From NCBI RefSeq assembly GCF_057098645.1, contig NZ_CM169472.1: a stretch of 64,000 nucleotides of DNA. One strand, given 5' to 3'. Positions 42,286-54,403 of this stretch are shown one piece after another. The number at the start of each line of letters is the position of its first letter. Within the stretch, counting starts at the first letter, position 1. The notes beneath the pieces were generated by a model. It saw nothing but the letters and a program-made list of their open reading frames with translations, was not told the origin of the DNA and did not search any database. The position numbers were made by a program, and so were the translations under genes.

Positions 42286-43206
42286 TTACTCGCCCTTTTT
42301 CGCCGCCTGAATATACAGCATTTCCAGCGCCAGCGTTGCCGCTGCCAGAGCAGTGATTTCCGACTGATCGTATGCCGGAGCCACTTCCACTACGTCCATC
42401 CCAACGATGTTGAGATCTTTCAGGCCGCGTACCAGTTTAATAGCGCGATCGGAGGTCAGGCCGCCAATTACCGGGGTACCGGTGCCTGGTGCAAAAGCAG
42501 GATCCAGGCAGTCGATATCAAAGGTCAGGTAAACCGGCATATCACCCACAATTTGTTTCACCTGGGCGATAACGTCATCCACGCTGCGATCGTTCACCTG
42601 GCAGGCGTCCAGCACGGTAAAGCCGTTGTCTTTATCGAACTCAGTACGAATACCAATCTGCACGGAATGATTCGGGTCGATCAGACCTTCTTTCGGCGCG
42701 GTATAGAACATGGTGCCGTGGTCAAATTCACAACCGTTCGCGTAGGTATCGGTGTGGGCGTCAAAGTGTACCAGCGCCATTTTGCCGAAATGCTTCGCAT
42801 GAGCACGCAGCAGCGGCAGCGTAACAAAGTGGTCACCACCGAAGGAGAGCATACGCTTACCGGCAGCCAGCAGCTTCTCGGCGTGTGCCTGCAGTTTTTC
42901 GCTCATCTCACGGGCATCGCCGAAGGCATATACCAGATCGCCGCAGTCCACCACGTTCAGACGCTCGCGCATGTCGAAATTCCACGGGAAGCGGTTGTGT
43001 TCCCAGGCCAGGTTAGTCGAAACCTGGCGAATCGCCGCCGGGCCGTGACGACCACCGGCACGGCCAGAGGTGGCCATGTCGAACGGCACGCCGGTGATCA
43101 CCCAGTCGGCATCGCTGTCATACGGCTGGAAGTTCATCGGCAGGCGTAAAAAACCAAAGGCGTTGGAAACCAGTGAATTATCGTATTGATGACCTAAGGT
43201 GCTCAT
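42286..43206 (-). CDS. speB: agmatinase
   Basis: 306 aa; [56 protein letters not shown]. Confidence 0.97.
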   Translation of the reverse strand: MSTLGHQYDNSLVSNAFGFLRLPMNFQPYDSDADWVITGVPFDMATSGRAGGRHGPAAIRQVSTNLAWEHNRFPWNFDMRERLNVVDCGDLVYAFGDAREMSEKLQAHAEKLLAAGKRMLSFGGDHFVTLPLLRAHAKHFGKMALVHFDAHTDTYANGCEFDHGTMFYTAPKEGLIDPNHSVQIGIRTEFDKDNGFTVLDACQVNDRSVDDVIAQVKQIVGDMPVYLTFDIDCLDPAFAPGTGTPVIGGLTSDRAIKLVRGLKDLNIVGMDVVEVAPAYDQSEITALAAATLALEMLYIQAAKKGE

Positions 43207-43341
43207 GGATGGACTCCTATTACAAAGTCGATATAAAAAAACCCTTCCGCGTCGTTAGGCCCGACGAGGAAGGGTTGGATTTGCGAAACACAAGTTTGTG
43301 CTAATTATCGCCTTAAATGGGCGAGGCATCAAGCGAGGTTG

Positions 43342-44073
43342 CTATTTCCGACACGGTGGCGGCGCATAGCCATTGTTATCTGCCGGAAAGGCTTGTCCAG
43401 AGCACGGTGGCAGCGCGTTTTGCGCCTGGCCTTGTAATTCAAAGGCGGCAAAGCCTATTACACCGGTATTACGCACATCGCCTTGCGCCGAATTGGCTGC
43501 GTAGGAATCAGCAACGTTGGCGAACTGAAAAGCCGCTTCGGTATGTTTATCTTTGCGGAATCCTTTAATCGCTAACGAATCTCCGGCATTCACAATATAG
43601 CCGTTGTTATTCAGCGAACCTTGCTTGCCGTTCAGCACATCCAGGCCATCAACCGTAGCAACGATCTCGTAGTTGGTGTTACGACTGTAATTACGGACAT
43701 ATAATTGATAATTCATTCCGACTCTGGCATGGACAATATAGCGTGGTTCATTATTGGATGAATCATAAACACGCGTAATAGGTAGAGAATTAAAATTACC
43801 ATCGCGAATAGCATATTCCAGTTCGTTAATACGAATGCTATAAACGCGGTCGTAGCCGGAAGGAACATTAGTCGAATAACTAATAACGATCATCTCCGCC
43901 GGATCGCGCCAGGCTCGCTCAGCAGATACGCCCTGAACCGTTGAGTGCACATCCCCACCCCAGGCGGTGCCGACATTGCCCGATGCACTGCTATTATACT
44001 GCGCATTACTGGAACAACCGGCCAGCAGCACGATTAATGCCACCAACGCGCTACGTACTTTCCATTTTTTCAT
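43342..44073 (-). CDS. hypothetical lipoprotein, 243 aa, inserted between speB and speA
   Basis: signal peptide MKKWKVRSALVALIVLLAGC with lipobox LAGC; strong GAGGGA RBS; Asn/Ser/Tyr/Gly-rich mature part. Confidence 0.7.
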   Translation of the reverse strand: MKKWKVRSALVALIVLLAGCSSNAQYNSSASGNVGTAWGGDVHSTVQGVSAERAWRDPAEMIVISYSTNVPSGYDRVYSIRINELEYAIRDGNFNSLPITRVYDSSNNEPRYIVHARVGMNYQLYVRNYSRNTNYEIVATVDGLDVLNGKQGSLNNNGYIVNAGDSLAIKGFRKDKHTEAAFQFANVADSYAANSAQGDVRNTGVIGFAAFELQGQAQNALPPCSGQAFPADNNGYAPPPCRK

Positions 44074-44218
44074 AACCGTTCCCTCTGCATTTAATTAATG
44101 CAGCGATTGTAGGGAGATTATTTAATAAGAAAAGCAGCTAAATTATTTTTAAGAATATATAAAAAGAAAGCGGACCGATTTACGTAAATAAATCGACCCG
44201 CCAGCAGAATAATCTTAA

Positions 44219-46195
44219 TTATTCATCTTCAAGATAGGTATAACCGTACAAACCTGCCTCGAACTCTTCAAGGAACTGTTGTTGCAGTTCAGCATCAAGA
44301 TCGGTTTTCTTCACTTGATCACGGAACTGAGTTAACAGCGTTTTCGGATCGAGCTGTACATATTGCAGCATGTCCGCCACGGTATCGCCTTCGTCAGACA
44401 GTTCCACTTCTACACTACCGTCAGGGAAGACGAACACGTCAACCGCTTCGGTATCACCGAACAGGTTGTGCATGTTGCCGAGGATCTCCTGATATGCGCC
44501 GACCATAAAGAAACCGAGCATCGGCGGATTCTCTGGATCGTACTCCGGCATAGGCATTGTCGTGGCAATACCATCACCATCGATATAGTGGTCGATAGCA
44601 CCGTCAGAGTCACAGGTAATATCCAGCAGCACAGCGCGGCGTTCCGGCACTTGATCCAGCCCTTCCAGCGGCAGAACCGGGAACAACTGGTCGATCCCCC
44701 ACGCATCCGGCATCGACTGGAACAGCGAGAAGTTGACGTACATTTTGTCCGCCATACGTTCCTGCAGCTCGTCGATAATCGGACGATGAGCACGGTTTTG
44801 CGGATCCAGCTGCTTTTGCACTTCATGGCACATGCTCAAATAAAGCTGCTCAGCCCATGCACGTTCTTGCAGGCTAAAGGTGCCGGAAGAGTAGCCGATA
44901 TGAATGTCGTGCAGATCCATCTGGCTGTCGTGTAACCATTCACGCAGAGAACGGCGAGTTCCCGGTTCGTGCATCTCCTGCCAGGTTTCCCACATGCTTT
45001 GCAGCGCGCGCGGCGCATCTTCTGCAGGCGCGGTCGGCACCGTGTATTCGTTACGTTCCACGCCGATGATATTAGACACCAGCACGGTGTGATGCGCAGT
45101 CACTGCACGACCCGATTCAGTGATTACCGTCGGATGCGGCAGACTGTTTTCTTCACACGCATCACCAATCGCCCAGATGATGTTGTTGGCATATTCATTG
45201 AGGCCGTAGTTTACCGAACAGTCGGACTGCGAACGAGTACCTTCATAATCCACGCCCAGACCGCCGCCGACGTCGAAGCACTGAATATTGACGCCCAGCT
45301 TGTGCAGTTCCACATAGAAACGCGCCGATTCACGAACGCCTGTGGCGATATCGCGAATATTCGCCATCTGCGAACCGAGGTGGAAGTGCAGTAGTTGCAG
45401 GCTGTCGAGACGCCCGGCTTCACGCAGGGTTTCAACCAGTTGCAGTACCTGAGTCGCAGCCAGGCCGAACTTCGATTTTTCCCCGCCGGAGGACTGCCAT
45501 TTACCCGAGCCCTGCGAAGCCAGACGTGCACGCACGCCCAGACGAGGAACGACATTCAGACGTTCTGCTTCATCCAGCACAATGGCGATTTCTGACATCT
45601 TCTCAATGACCAGATAGACCTTGTGCCCCATCTTCTCGCCAATTAATGCCAGGCGGATATATTCGCGGTCTTTATAACCGTTGCAAACGATGACGCTACG
45701 GGTCATGCCAGCATGTGCCAGCACTGCCATCAACTCGGCTTTGGAACCGGCTTCCAGACCCAGCGGTTCGCCCGAATGAATCAGGGACTCAATCACGCGA
45801 CGGTGCTGGTTAACTTTGATCGGATAAACAAGGAAGTAATCGCCGTTATAGCCGTAGGATTCCCGCGCACGTTTGAACGCGGCGTTAATGGAACGCAAAC
45901 GGTGCTGCAGGATCTGCGGGAAACAGAACAGTGCAGGCAGACGCTGACCCTGTGCTTCACGAGTTTTCACTAACTGCGCGAGATCGACGCGAGCTTCCGG
46001 GACGTCCGGGTCCGGGCACACGCTGATGTGGCCCAGCTCGTTAACGTCATAGTAGTTATTGCCCCACCAGGCAATATTGTAAGTACGCAGCATCTTGCTG
46101 GCTTCCTGGGAGCTCATTGCAACCTCCTGCATGGAGCGTAGTACACCGTGTTCGCCCGCTGACGAAGGCAAACCCATAGACATGTCGTCAGACAT
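44219..46195 (-). CDS. speA: biosynthetic arginine decarboxylase
   Basis: ORF 44219..46207 trimmed to [51 protein letters not shown] (658 aa). Confidence 0.97.
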   Translation of the reverse strand: MSDDMSMGLPSSAGEHGVLRSMQEVAMSSQEASKMLRTYNIAWWGNNYYDVNELGHISVCPDPDVPEARVDLAQLVKTREAQGQRLPALFCFPQILQHRLRSINAAFKRARESYGYNGDYFLVYPIKVNQHRRVIESLIHSGEPLGLEAGSKAELMAVLAHAGMTRSVIVCNGYKDREYIRLALIGEKMGHKVYLVIEKMSEIAIVLDEAERLNVVPRLGVRARLASQGSGKWQSSGGEKSKFGLAATQVLQLVETLREAGRLDSLQLLHFHLGSQMANIRDIATGVRESARFYVELHKLGVNIQCFDVGGGLGVDYEGTRSQSDCSVNYGLNEYANNIIWAIGDACEENSLPHPTVITESGRAVTAHHTVLVSNIIGVERNEYTVPTAPAEDAPRALQSMWETWQEMHEPGTRRSLREWLHDSQMDLHDIHIGYSSGTFSLQERAWAEQLYLSMCHEVQKQLDPQNRAHRPIIDELQERMADKMYVNFSLFQSMPDAWGIDQLFPVLPLEGLDQVPERRAVLLDITCDSDGAIDHYIDGDGIATTMPMPEYDPENPPMLGFFMVGAYQEILGNMHNLFGDTEAVDVFVFPDGSVEVELSDEGDTVADMLQYVQLDPKTLLTQFRDQVKKTDLDAELQQQFLEEFEAGLYGYTYLEDE

Positions 46196-46203
46196 AGCGA
46201 ACC

Positions 46204-46335
46204 TCAAATTATTTTATTAAGTGTAAAACAGTTAACGACTATCGCAGCCTGGAACTGCGATAACAACCCATAAGCACATGGATTTTCCAGCAGTGAATGC
46301 TGACGCTCCAACTGCGCAACCGGTTTCTTTTTCAT
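46204..46335 (-). CDS. yqgB: small protein YqgB (43 aa) upstream of speA
   Basis: hand translation [43 protein letters not shown]; too short for ORF track. Confidence 0.75.
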   Translation of the reverse strand: MKKKPVAQLERQHSLLENPCAYGLLSQFQAAIVVNCFTLNKII

Positions 46336-46470
46336 AACATTATTAAGCACATAACCGAACGTAAGTGTGACAGTTCGGCGAAACCACGAGAAAACTCTTG
46401 TTTTTACAAGAGCGCCCTTGTTCAGTCCTCAGTAACTGTAACCAGCTCTTGAATCCTGAGAAGCGCCGAG

Positions 46471-46686
46471 ATGGGTATAACATCGGCAGGTATGCAAAGC
46501 AGAGATGCAGAGTGCGGGGAACGAATCTTCACCAGAACGGTGAGACAGGTTAAGCAGCAGACAACGGTTCATTATTTCGTATCACCTCCACGGCCGCCTG
46601 TTAAGACGAACCCACAAGCCAAAACTCTGATTTCAACCCGGCTGGAAGTGGCAACACGAAAGAAACGTCGTGTGCTTTTTATTTAA
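46471..46686 (+). CDS. yqgC: small protein YqgC-like (71 aa)
   Basis: [38 protein letters not shown]... at position of K-12 yqgC; coding status not independently supported. Confidence 0.4.
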
Positions 46687-46949
46687 GCCGCGCGCCGCGT
46701 TTTATACCCCACAATGGCAGAAAATTGCAAAAGATAAATACGCAGAATGCCGGCATTGTCAGGAAAAATTTCCAGCCACGTTTTTAACAGAATGAGACAC
46801 GATTCAAAAAAAAGTGGAAATCGGGTGAAGAATTGACCTAAAATAGCCATCCAGATGTTAATCCATCCATACCGATTAACACTCAGACTGCCAGTGTTTT
46901 TAACCTGCAGAGTCGTGGTAGGATCCGCTACCACAGAAAATCCACACAA
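46683..46949 (-). CDS. yqgD: possible small protein YqgD-like in metK upstream region
   Basis: 88-aa ORF in position of K-12 yqgD; weak support. Confidence 0.3.
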
Positions 46950-46989
46950 CAGTTTGAGCTAACCAAATTCTCTTTAGGTGATATTAAAT

Positions 46990-48144
46990 ATGGCAAAACA
47001 CCTTTTTACGTCCGAGTCCGTCTCTGAAGGGCATCCTGACAAAATTGCTGACCAAATCTCTGATGCCGTTTTAGACGCGATCCTCGAACAGGATCCGAAA
47101 GCACGCGTTGCTTGCGAAACCTACGTAAAAACCGGCATGGTTTTAGTTGGCGGCGAAATCACCACCAGCGCCTGGGTAGACATCGAAGAGATCACCCGTA
47201 ACACCGTTCGCGAAATTGGCTATGTGCATTCCGACATGGGCTTTGACGCTAACTCCTGTGCGGTTCTGAGCGCTATCGGCAAACAGTCTCCTGACATCAA
47301 CCAGGGCGTTGACCGTGCCGATCCGCTGGAACAGGGCGCGGGTGACCAGGGTCTGATGTTTGGCTACGCAACTAATGAAACCGACGTGCTGATGCCAGCA
47401 CCTATCACCTATGCACACCGTCTGGTACAGCGTCAGGCTGAAGTGCGTAAAAATGGCACTCTGCCGTGGCTGCGCCCGGACGCGAAAAGCCAGGTGACTT
47501 TCCAGTATGACGACGGCAAAATCGTTGGTATTGATGCTGTCGTGCTTTCCACTCAGCACTCTGAAGAGATCGACCAGAAATCGCTGCAAGAAGCGGTAAT
47601 GGAAGAGATCATCAAGCCAATTCTGCCCGCTGAATGGCTGACTTCTGCCACCAAATTCTTCATCAACCCGACCGGTCGTTTCGTTATCGGTGGCCCAATG
47701 GGTGACTGCGGTCTGACTGGTCGTAAAATTATCGTTGATACCTACGGCGGCATGGCACGTCACGGTGGCGGAGCATTCTCTGGTAAAGATCCATCAAAAG
47801 TGGACCGTTCCGCTGCGTACGCAGCACGTTATGTTGCAAAAAACATCGTTGCTGCTGGCCTGGCCGATCGTTGTGAAATTCAGGTTTCCTACGCAATCGG
47901 CGTGGCTGAACCGACTTCCATCATGGTAGAAACTTTCGGTACTGAGAAAGTGCCTTCTGAACAACTGACTCTGCTGGTACGTGAGTTCTTCGACCTGCGC
48001 CCATACGGTCTGATTCAGATGCTGGATCTGCTGCACCCGATCTACAAAGAAACCGCAGCATACGGTCACTTTGGTCGTGAACATTTCCCGTGGGAAAAAA
48101 CCGACAAAGCGCAGCTGCTGCGCGATGCTGCCGGTCTGAAGTAA
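46990..48144 (+). CDS. metK: S-adenosylmethionine synthetase
   Basis: ORF 46978..48144 trimmed to [45 protein letters not shown] (384 aa). Confidence 0.97.
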
Positions 48145-48164
48145 TCTTTCTTCACCTGCGTTCA

Positions 48165-48195
48165 AAGGCCAGCCTCGCGCTGGCCTTTTTCTTTT
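48165..48195 (+). terminator. metK rho-independent terminator
   Basis: hairpin GGCCAGCCTCGCGCTGGCC followed by TTTTTCTTTT. Confidence 0.7.
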
Positions 48196-48245
48196 ACCTC
48201 ACCGCGGTGGATAGGCGTTCACGCCGCATCCGGCAAAAAAACTGC
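48196..48245. repeat. REP element
   Basis: GGATAGGCGTTCACGCCGCATCCGGCA motif. Confidence 0.7.
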
Positions 48246-48580
48246 CCGCACAATAACATCATTCTTCCTGATCACGTTTCACCGCAAATTATCATCACAA
48301 CTGAAACCGATTACACCAACCACAACAGACAAAGATTTGTAATATTTTCATATTATTATTCGGTTTTCACAGTTGTTACATTTCTTTTCAGTAAAGTCTT
48401 AATTGCAGATAACAGCGTTTAATCTATGATGATATAACTCAATTATTTTCATGCACTTAAATCATAACTAAGATAAATGTTAGTGTAAGCGATTACACTG
48501 ATGTGATTTGCTTCACATCTTTTTATGTCGTACTCACCTATCTTAATTCACAATAAAAAATAACCATATTGGAGGGCATC

Positions 48581-49975
48581 ATGCCTGACGCTAAAAAACA
48601 GGGGCGGTCAAACAAGGCAATGACGTTTTTCGTCTGCTTCCTTGCCGCTCTGGCGGGATTACTCTTTGGCCTGGATATCGGTGTAATTGCTGGCGCACTG
48701 CCGTTTATTGCAGATGAATTCCAGATTACTTCGCACACGCAAGAATGGGTCGTAAGCTCCATGATGTTCGGTGCGGCAGTCGGTGCGGTGGGCAGCGGCT
48801 GGCTCTCCTTTAAACTCGGACGCAAAAAGAGCCTGATGATCGGCGCAATTTTGTTTGTTGCCGGTTCGCTGTTCTCTGCGGCTGCGCCAAACGTTGAAGT
48901 ACTGATTCTTTCCCGCGTTCTGCTGGGGCTGGCGGTGGGTGTGGCCTCTTATACCGCACCACTGTACCTCTCTGAAATTGCGCCGGAAAAAATTCGCGGC
49001 AGTATGATCTCGATGTATCAGTTGATGATCACTATCGGGATCCTCGGTGCTTATCTTTCTGATACCGCCTTCAGCTACACCGGTGCATGGCGCTGGATGC
49101 TGGGTGTGATTATCATCCCGGCAATTTTGCTGCTGATTGGTGTCTTCTTCCTGCCAGACAGCCCACGTTGGTTTGCCGCCAAACGCCGTTTTGTTGATGC
49201 CGAACGCGTGCTGCTACGCCTGCGTGACACCAGCGCGGAAGCGAAACGCGAACTGGATGAAATCCGTGAAAGTTTGCAGGTTAAACAGAGTGGCTGGGCG
49301 CTGTTTAAAGAGAATAGCAACTTCCGCCGCGCGGTGTTCCTTGGCGTACTGTTACAGGTAATGCAGCAATTCACCGGGATGAACGTCATCATGTATTACG
49401 CGCCGAAAATCTTCGAACTGGCGGGTTATACCAACACTACCGAGCAAATGTGGGGGACAGTGATTGTCGGCCTGACCAACGTACTTGCCACCTTTATCGC
49501 AATCGGCCTTGTTGACCGCTGGGGACGTAAACCAACGCTAACGCTGGGCTTCCTGGTGATGGCTGCTGGTATGGGCGTACTCGGTACAATGATGCATATC
49601 GGTATCCACTCTCCGTCGGCGCAGTATTTCGCCATCGCCATGCTGCTGATGTTTATTGTCGGTTTTGCCATGAGTGCCGGTCCGCTGATTTGGGTACTGT
49701 GCTCCGAAATTCAGCCGCTGAAAGGCCGCGATTTTGGCATCACCTGCTCCACCGCCACCAACTGGATTGCCAACATGATCGTTGGCGCAACGTTCCTGAC
49801 CATGCTCAACACGCTGGGTAACGCCAACACCTTCTGGGTGTACGCGGCTCTGAACGTACTGTTTATCCTGCTGACATTGTGGCTGGTACCGGAAACCAAA
49901 CACGTTTCGCTGGAACATATTGAACGTAATCTGATGAAAGGTCGTAAACTGCGCGAAATCGGCGCTCACGATTAA
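48581..49975 (+). CDS. galP: galactose:H+ symporter (MFS sugar porter)
   Basis: ORF 48569..49975 trimmed to [43 protein letters not shown] (464 aa). Confidence 0.97.
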   Translation: MPDAKKQGRSNKAMTFFVCFLAALAGLLFGLDIGVIAGALPFIADEFQITSHTQEWVVSSMMFGAAVGAVGSGWLSFKLGRKKSLMIGAILFVAGSLFSAAAPNVEVLILSRVLLGLAVGVASYTAPLYLSEIAPEKIRGSMISMYQLMITIGILGAYLSDTAFSYTGAWRWMLGVIIIPAILLLIGVFFLPDSPRWFAAKRRFVDAERVLLRLRDTSAEAKRELDEIRESLQVKQSGWALFKENSNFRRAVFLGVLLQVMQQFTGMNVIMYYAPKIFELAGYTNTTEQMWGTVIVGLTNVLATFIAIGLVDRWGRKPTLTLGFLVMAAGMGVLGTMMHIGIHSPSAQYFAIAMLLMFIVGFAMSAGPLIWVLCSEIQPLKGRDFGITCSTATNWIANMIVGATFLTMLNTLGNANTFWVYAALNVLFILLTLWLVPETKHVSLEHIERNLMKGRKLREIGAHD

Positions 49976-50051
49976 TCTCCTCAGGCTTCCTCCCGTCGCG
50001 GAGGAAGCCGCCTCTTGCAGTCATCTTTTCTTCGCTCTATCCTCTGCCGCT

Positions 50052-50549
50052 ATGAAAACATCCCGTCTCCCTATCGCCATCCAACAGGCCGTTATGCGTC
50101 GCCTGCGGGAAAAACTCGCCCAGGCTAACCTGAAATTGGGGCGTAACTACCCGGAGCCAAAACTCTCTTACACCCAGCGCGGCACCTCCGCCGGAACAGC
50201 CTGGCTGGAAAGCTATGAAATCCGCCTCAATCCCGTTTTGCTGTTGGAAAACAGTGAAGCCTTTATTGAAGAAGTGGTGCCGCACGAACTGGCACATTTG
50301 CTGGTATGGAAACATTTCGGCCGCGTAGCACCACATGGCAAAGAGTGGAAGTGGATGATGGAAAACGTGCTGGGTGTTCCCGCCCGTCGTACGCATCAGT
50401 TCGAACTGCAATCCGTGCGTCGCAACACCTTCCCCTACCGCTGCAAGTGCCAGGAGCATCAGCTTACCGTACGCCGCCATAATCGCGTAGTTCGTGGCGA
50501 AGCCGTCTATCGCTGTGTTCACTGCGGCGAACAACTGGTTGCGAAATAA
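50052..50549 (+). CDS. sprT: SprT-like zinc metalloprotein
   Basis: 165 aa; HELAHL motif and CxxC zinc ribbon. Confidence 0.9.
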   Translation: MKTSRLPIAIQQAVMRRLREKLAQANLKLGRNYPEPKLSYTQRGTSAGTAWLESYEIRLNPVLLLENSEAFIEEVVPHELAHLLVWKHFGRVAPHGKEWKWMMENVLGVPARRTHQFELQSVRRNTFPYRCKCQEHQLTVRRHNRVVRGEAVYRCVHCGEQLVAK

Positions 50550-50643
50550 CCACCTGAACTATCAGGAACTTTCCTGATCTGGCTGATTGCATACCAAAAC
50601 AACTTTCGCTACGTTGCTGGCTCGTTTTAACACGGAGTAAGTG

Positions 50644-51351
50644 ATGTACCGTTATTTGTCTATTGCTGCGGTGGTACTGAGCGCAGCATTTTCCGGCCCG
50701 GCGTTGGCCGAAGGTATCAATAGTTTTTCTCAGGCGAAAGCCGCGGCGGTAAAAGTCCACGCTGACGCGCCCGGTACGTTTTATTGCGGATGTAAAATTA
50801 ACTGGCAGGGCAAAAAAGGCGTTGTTGATCTGCAATCGTGCGGCTATCAGGTGCGCAAAAATGAAAACCGCGCCAGCCGCGTAGAGTGGGAACACGTCGT
50901 TCCCGCCTGGCAATTCGGTCACCAGCGCCAGTGCTGGCAGGACGGTGGACGTAAAAACTGCGCTAAAGATCCGGTCTATCGCAAGATGGAAAGCGATATG
51001 CATAACCTGCAGCCGTCAGTCGGCGAGGTGAATGGCGATCGCGGCAACTTTATGTACAGCCAGTGGAATGGCGGCGAAGGCCAGTACGGTCAATGCGTCA
51101 TGAAGGTTGATTTCAAAGAAAAAGCTGCCGAACCACCAGCGCGTGCACGCGGTGCCATTGCGCGCACCTACTTCTATATGCGCGACCAATACAACCTGAC
51201 ACTCTCTCGCCAGCAAACGCAGCTGTTCAACGCATGGAACAAGATGTATCCGGTTACCGACTGGGAGTGCGAGCGCGATGAACGCATCGCGAAGGTGCAG
51301 GGCAATCATAACCCGTATGTGCAACGCGCTTGCCAGGCGCGAAAGAGCTAA
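50644..51351 (+). CDS. endA: periplasmic endonuclease I
   Basis: ORF 50641..51351; [50 protein letters not shown] (235 aa). Confidence 0.93.
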   Translation: MYRYLSIAAVVLSAAFSGPALAEGINSFSQAKAAAVKVHADAPGTFYCGCKINWQGKKGVVDLQSCGYQVRKNENRASRVEWEHVVPAWQFGHQRQCWQDGGRKNCAKDPVYRKMESDMHNLQPSVGEVNGDRGNFMYSQWNGGEGQYGQCVMKVDFKEKAAEPPARARGAIARTYFYMRDQYNLTLSRQQTQLFNAWNKMYPVTDWECERDERIAKVQGNHNPYVQRACQARKS

Positions 51352-51430
51352 CCTACACTAGCGGGATTCTTTTTGTTAACCCCTACCCCACGCGAACAAC
51401 CGCGTGGGGAGACGACGCGGATTTTTAACT

Positions 51431-52162
51431 ATGCGTATCCCCCGCATTTATCATCCTGAACCACTGACCAGCCATTCTCACATCGCGCTTTGCGAAGATG
51501 CCGCCAACCATATCGGGCGCGTACTGCGCATGGGGCCGGGGCAGGCGTTGCAATTGTTTGACGGTAGCAACCAGGTCTTTGACGCCGAAATTACCAGCGC
51601 CAGCAAAAAAAGCGTGGAAGTGAAGGTGCTGGAAGGCCAGATCGACGATCGCGAATCTCCGCTGCATATTCACCTCGGTCAGGTGATGTCGCGTGGTGAA
51701 AAAATGGAATTTACGATCCAGAAATCGATCGAACTCGGTGTAAGCCTCATTACGCCACTTTTTTCTGAGCGCTGCGGCGTTAAACTGGATAGTGAACGTC
51801 TGAACAAGAAGCTCCAGCAGTGGCAGAAGATTGCAATTGCTGCCTGTGAGCAGTGTGGTCGTAACCGGGTGCCGGAAATCCGTCCAGCGATGGATCTGGA
51901 AGCCTGGTGTGCAGAGCAGGATGAAGGACTGAAACTGAATCTTCACCCGCGCGCCAGTAACAGCATCAATACGTTGCCTTTACCGGTTGAACGCGTCCGC
52001 CTGCTGATTGGCCCGGAAGGCGGTTTATCGGCAGATGAAATTGCCATGACTGCCCGCTATCAATTTACTGATATCCTGTTGGGACCTCGCGTTTTGCGTA
52101 CAGAGACAACTGCGCTCACCGCCATTACCGCGCTACAAGTACGATTTGGCGATTTGGGCTAA
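51431..52162 (+). CDS. rsmE: 16S rRNA m3U1498 methyltransferase
   Basis: ORF 51404..52162 trimmed to [34 protein letters not shown] (243 aa). Confidence 0.92.
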
Positions 52163-52174
52163 CGGAGAAGAATA

Positions 52175-53125
52175 ATGATCAAGCTCGGCATCGTGATGGA
52201 CCCCATCGCAAACATCAACATCAAGAAAGATTCCAGTTTCGCTATGTTGCTGGAAGCACAGCGTCGTGGTTACGAACTTCACTATATGGAGATGGGCGAT
52301 CTGTATCTGAGCAATGGCGAAGCCCGCGCCCATACCCGCACGCTGAACGTGAAGCAGAACTACGAAGAGTGGTTTTCATTCGTCGGTGAACAGGATCTGC
52401 CGCTGGCCGATCTCGATGTGATCCTGATGCGTAAAGACCCGCCGTTTGATACCGAGTTTATCTACGCGACCTATATTCTGGAACGTGCCGAAGAGAAAGG
52501 GACGCTGATCGTTAACAAGCCGCAGAGCCTGCGCGACTGTAACGAGAAACTGTTTACCGCCTGGTTCTCTGACTTAACGCCAGAAACGCTGGTTACGCGC
52601 AATAAAGCGCAGCTAAAAGCGTTCTGGGAGAAACACAGCGACATCATTCTTAAGCCGCTGGACGGTATGGGCGGCGCGTCGATTTTCCGCGTGAAAGAAG
52701 GCGATCCAAACCTCGGTGTGATTGCCGAAACCCTGACTGAGCATGGCACTCGCTACTGCATGGCACAAAATTACCTGCCAGCCATTAAAGATGGCGACAA
52801 ACGCGTGCTGGTGGTGGATGGCGAGCCGGTACCGTACTGCCTGGCGCGTATTCCGCAGGGGGGCGAAACCCGTGGTAATCTGGCTGCCGGTGGTCGCGGT
52901 GAACCTCGTCCGCTGACGGAAAGTGACTGGAAAATCGCCCGTCAGATCGGGCCGACGCTGAAAGAAAAAGGGCTGATTTTTGTTGGTCTGGATATCATCG
53001 GCGACCGTCTGACTGAAATTAACGTCACCAGCCCAACCTGTATTCGTGAGATTGAAGCAGAGTTTCCGGTGTCGATCACCGGAATGTTAATGGATGCCAT
53101 CGAAGCACGTTTACAGCAGCAGTAA
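52175..53125 (+). CDS. gshB: glutathione synthetase
   Basis: 316 aa; MIKLGIVMDPIANINIKKDSSFAMLLEAQRRGYELHYMEMGDLYL. Confidence 0.97.
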   Translation: MIKLGIVMDPIANINIKKDSSFAMLLEAQRRGYELHYMEMGDLYLSNGEARAHTRTLNVKQNYEEWFSFVGEQDLPLADLDVILMRKDPPFDTEFIYATYILERAEEKGTLIVNKPQSLRDCNEKLFTAWFSDLTPETLVTRNKAQLKAFWEKHSDIILKPLDGMGGASIFRVKEGDPNLGVIAETLTEHGTRYCMAQNYLPAIKDGDKRVLVVDGEPVPYCLARIPQGGETRGNLAAGGRGEPRPLTESDWKIARQIGPTLKEKGLIFVGLDIIGDRLTEINVTSPTCIREIEAEFPVSITGMLMDAIEARLQQQ

Positions 53126-53233
53126 CCCACCTTAGCGAGAAGGATCTCGTTGAGACTCTGAGTGACAGCGCCCTTCTTTCCACGCATACTGGGCGCTGTT
53201 GCTTTTTTGAACCAGGAAACAGAACCTCTGACA

Positions 53234-53797
53234 ATGAATTTACAGCATCACTTTCTTATTGCCATGCCTGCTCTCCAGGATCCGATTTTCCGTCGTTCCG
53301 TGGTCTACATTTGCGAACATAATACCAATGGTGCAATGGGGATCATCGTCAACAAGCCGCTGGAAAATCTCAAAATTGAAGGGATTCTGGAAAAGCTGAA
53401 GATCACGCCGGAGCCGCGTGATGAATCAATCCGTCTGGATAAACCGGTTATGCTCGGCGGCCCACTGGCTGAAGATCGCGGGTTTATTTTGCATACTCCG
53501 CCCTCTAATTTTGCTTCCAGCATTCGCATTTCAGACAACACAGTGATGACCACTTCCCGCGATGTGCTGGAAACGCTCGGCACCGATAAACAACCGTCTG
53601 ACGTATTGGTGGCTCTGGGTTATGCCTCCTGGGAGAAAGGTCAACTGGAACAAGAAATTCTCGATAACGCGTGGCTAACGGCCCCGGCAGATCTGAATAT
53701 TCTGTTCAAAACGCCGATTGCCGACCGCTGGCGCGAGGCGGCAAAACTGATTGGTGTGGATATTCTCACCATGCCTGGCGTTGCGGGGCACGCCTGA
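53234..53797 (+). CDS. yqgE: UPF0301 protein YqgE
   Basis: ORF 53162..53797 trimmed to [30 protein letters not shown] (187 aa). Confidence 0.9.
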
Positions 53798-54213
53798 TGA
53801 GTGGAACCTTACTCGCCTTCGACTTCGGCACCAAAAGCATTGGCGTAGCGGTCGGCCAACGCATTACCGGCACCGCTCGCCCTTTGCCTGCAATTAAAGC
53901 ACAGGACGGTACGCCGGACTGGAACCTCATCGAACGTTTACTGAAAGAGTGGCAGCCGGACGAAATCATCGTCGGTTTGCCGCTGAATATGGACGGTACC
54001 GAGCAACCATTGACTGCCAGAGCGCGTAAATTTGCCAACCGTATTCATGGTCGTTTCGGTGTTGAAGTAAAGCTCCATGACGAACGTCTTAGCACCGTGG
54101 AAGCCCGTTCCGGTCTGTTTGAACAGGGCGGCTATCGGGCGCTCAACAAAGGCAAAGTCGACTCTGCCTCTGCGGTTATTATTCTCGAAAGCTATTTCGA
54201 GCAGGGATATTAA
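53797..54213 (+). CDS. ruvX: Holliday-junction resolvase-like pre-16S rRNA nuclease YqgF/RuvX
   Basis: ORF 53671..54213 trimmed to [21 protein letters not shown] (138 aa); start overlaps yqgE stop by 1 nt (TGATG). Confidence 0.92.
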
Positions 54214-54219
54214 GGCGAT

Positions 54220-54395
54220 TTAAACGCCTGCTGGAGTGTAAATAATATCATCGCGCCTTACGCCTTATTGCCGGATGCGGCGTGAACGCCTTATCCGGCC
54301 TACATGTGGCAGCGGTTGTAGGTCTGATAAGACGCGCAAGCGTCGCATCAGACGTTTATTGCCTTTGTAGGCCCGATAAGCTTGCACATCGGGCA
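54220..54395. repeat. REP element cluster
   Basis: GCCGGATGCGGCGTGAACGCCTTATCCGGCCTACA and related motifs. Confidence 0.8.
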
Positions 54396-54403
54396 TGGCA
54401 ACG

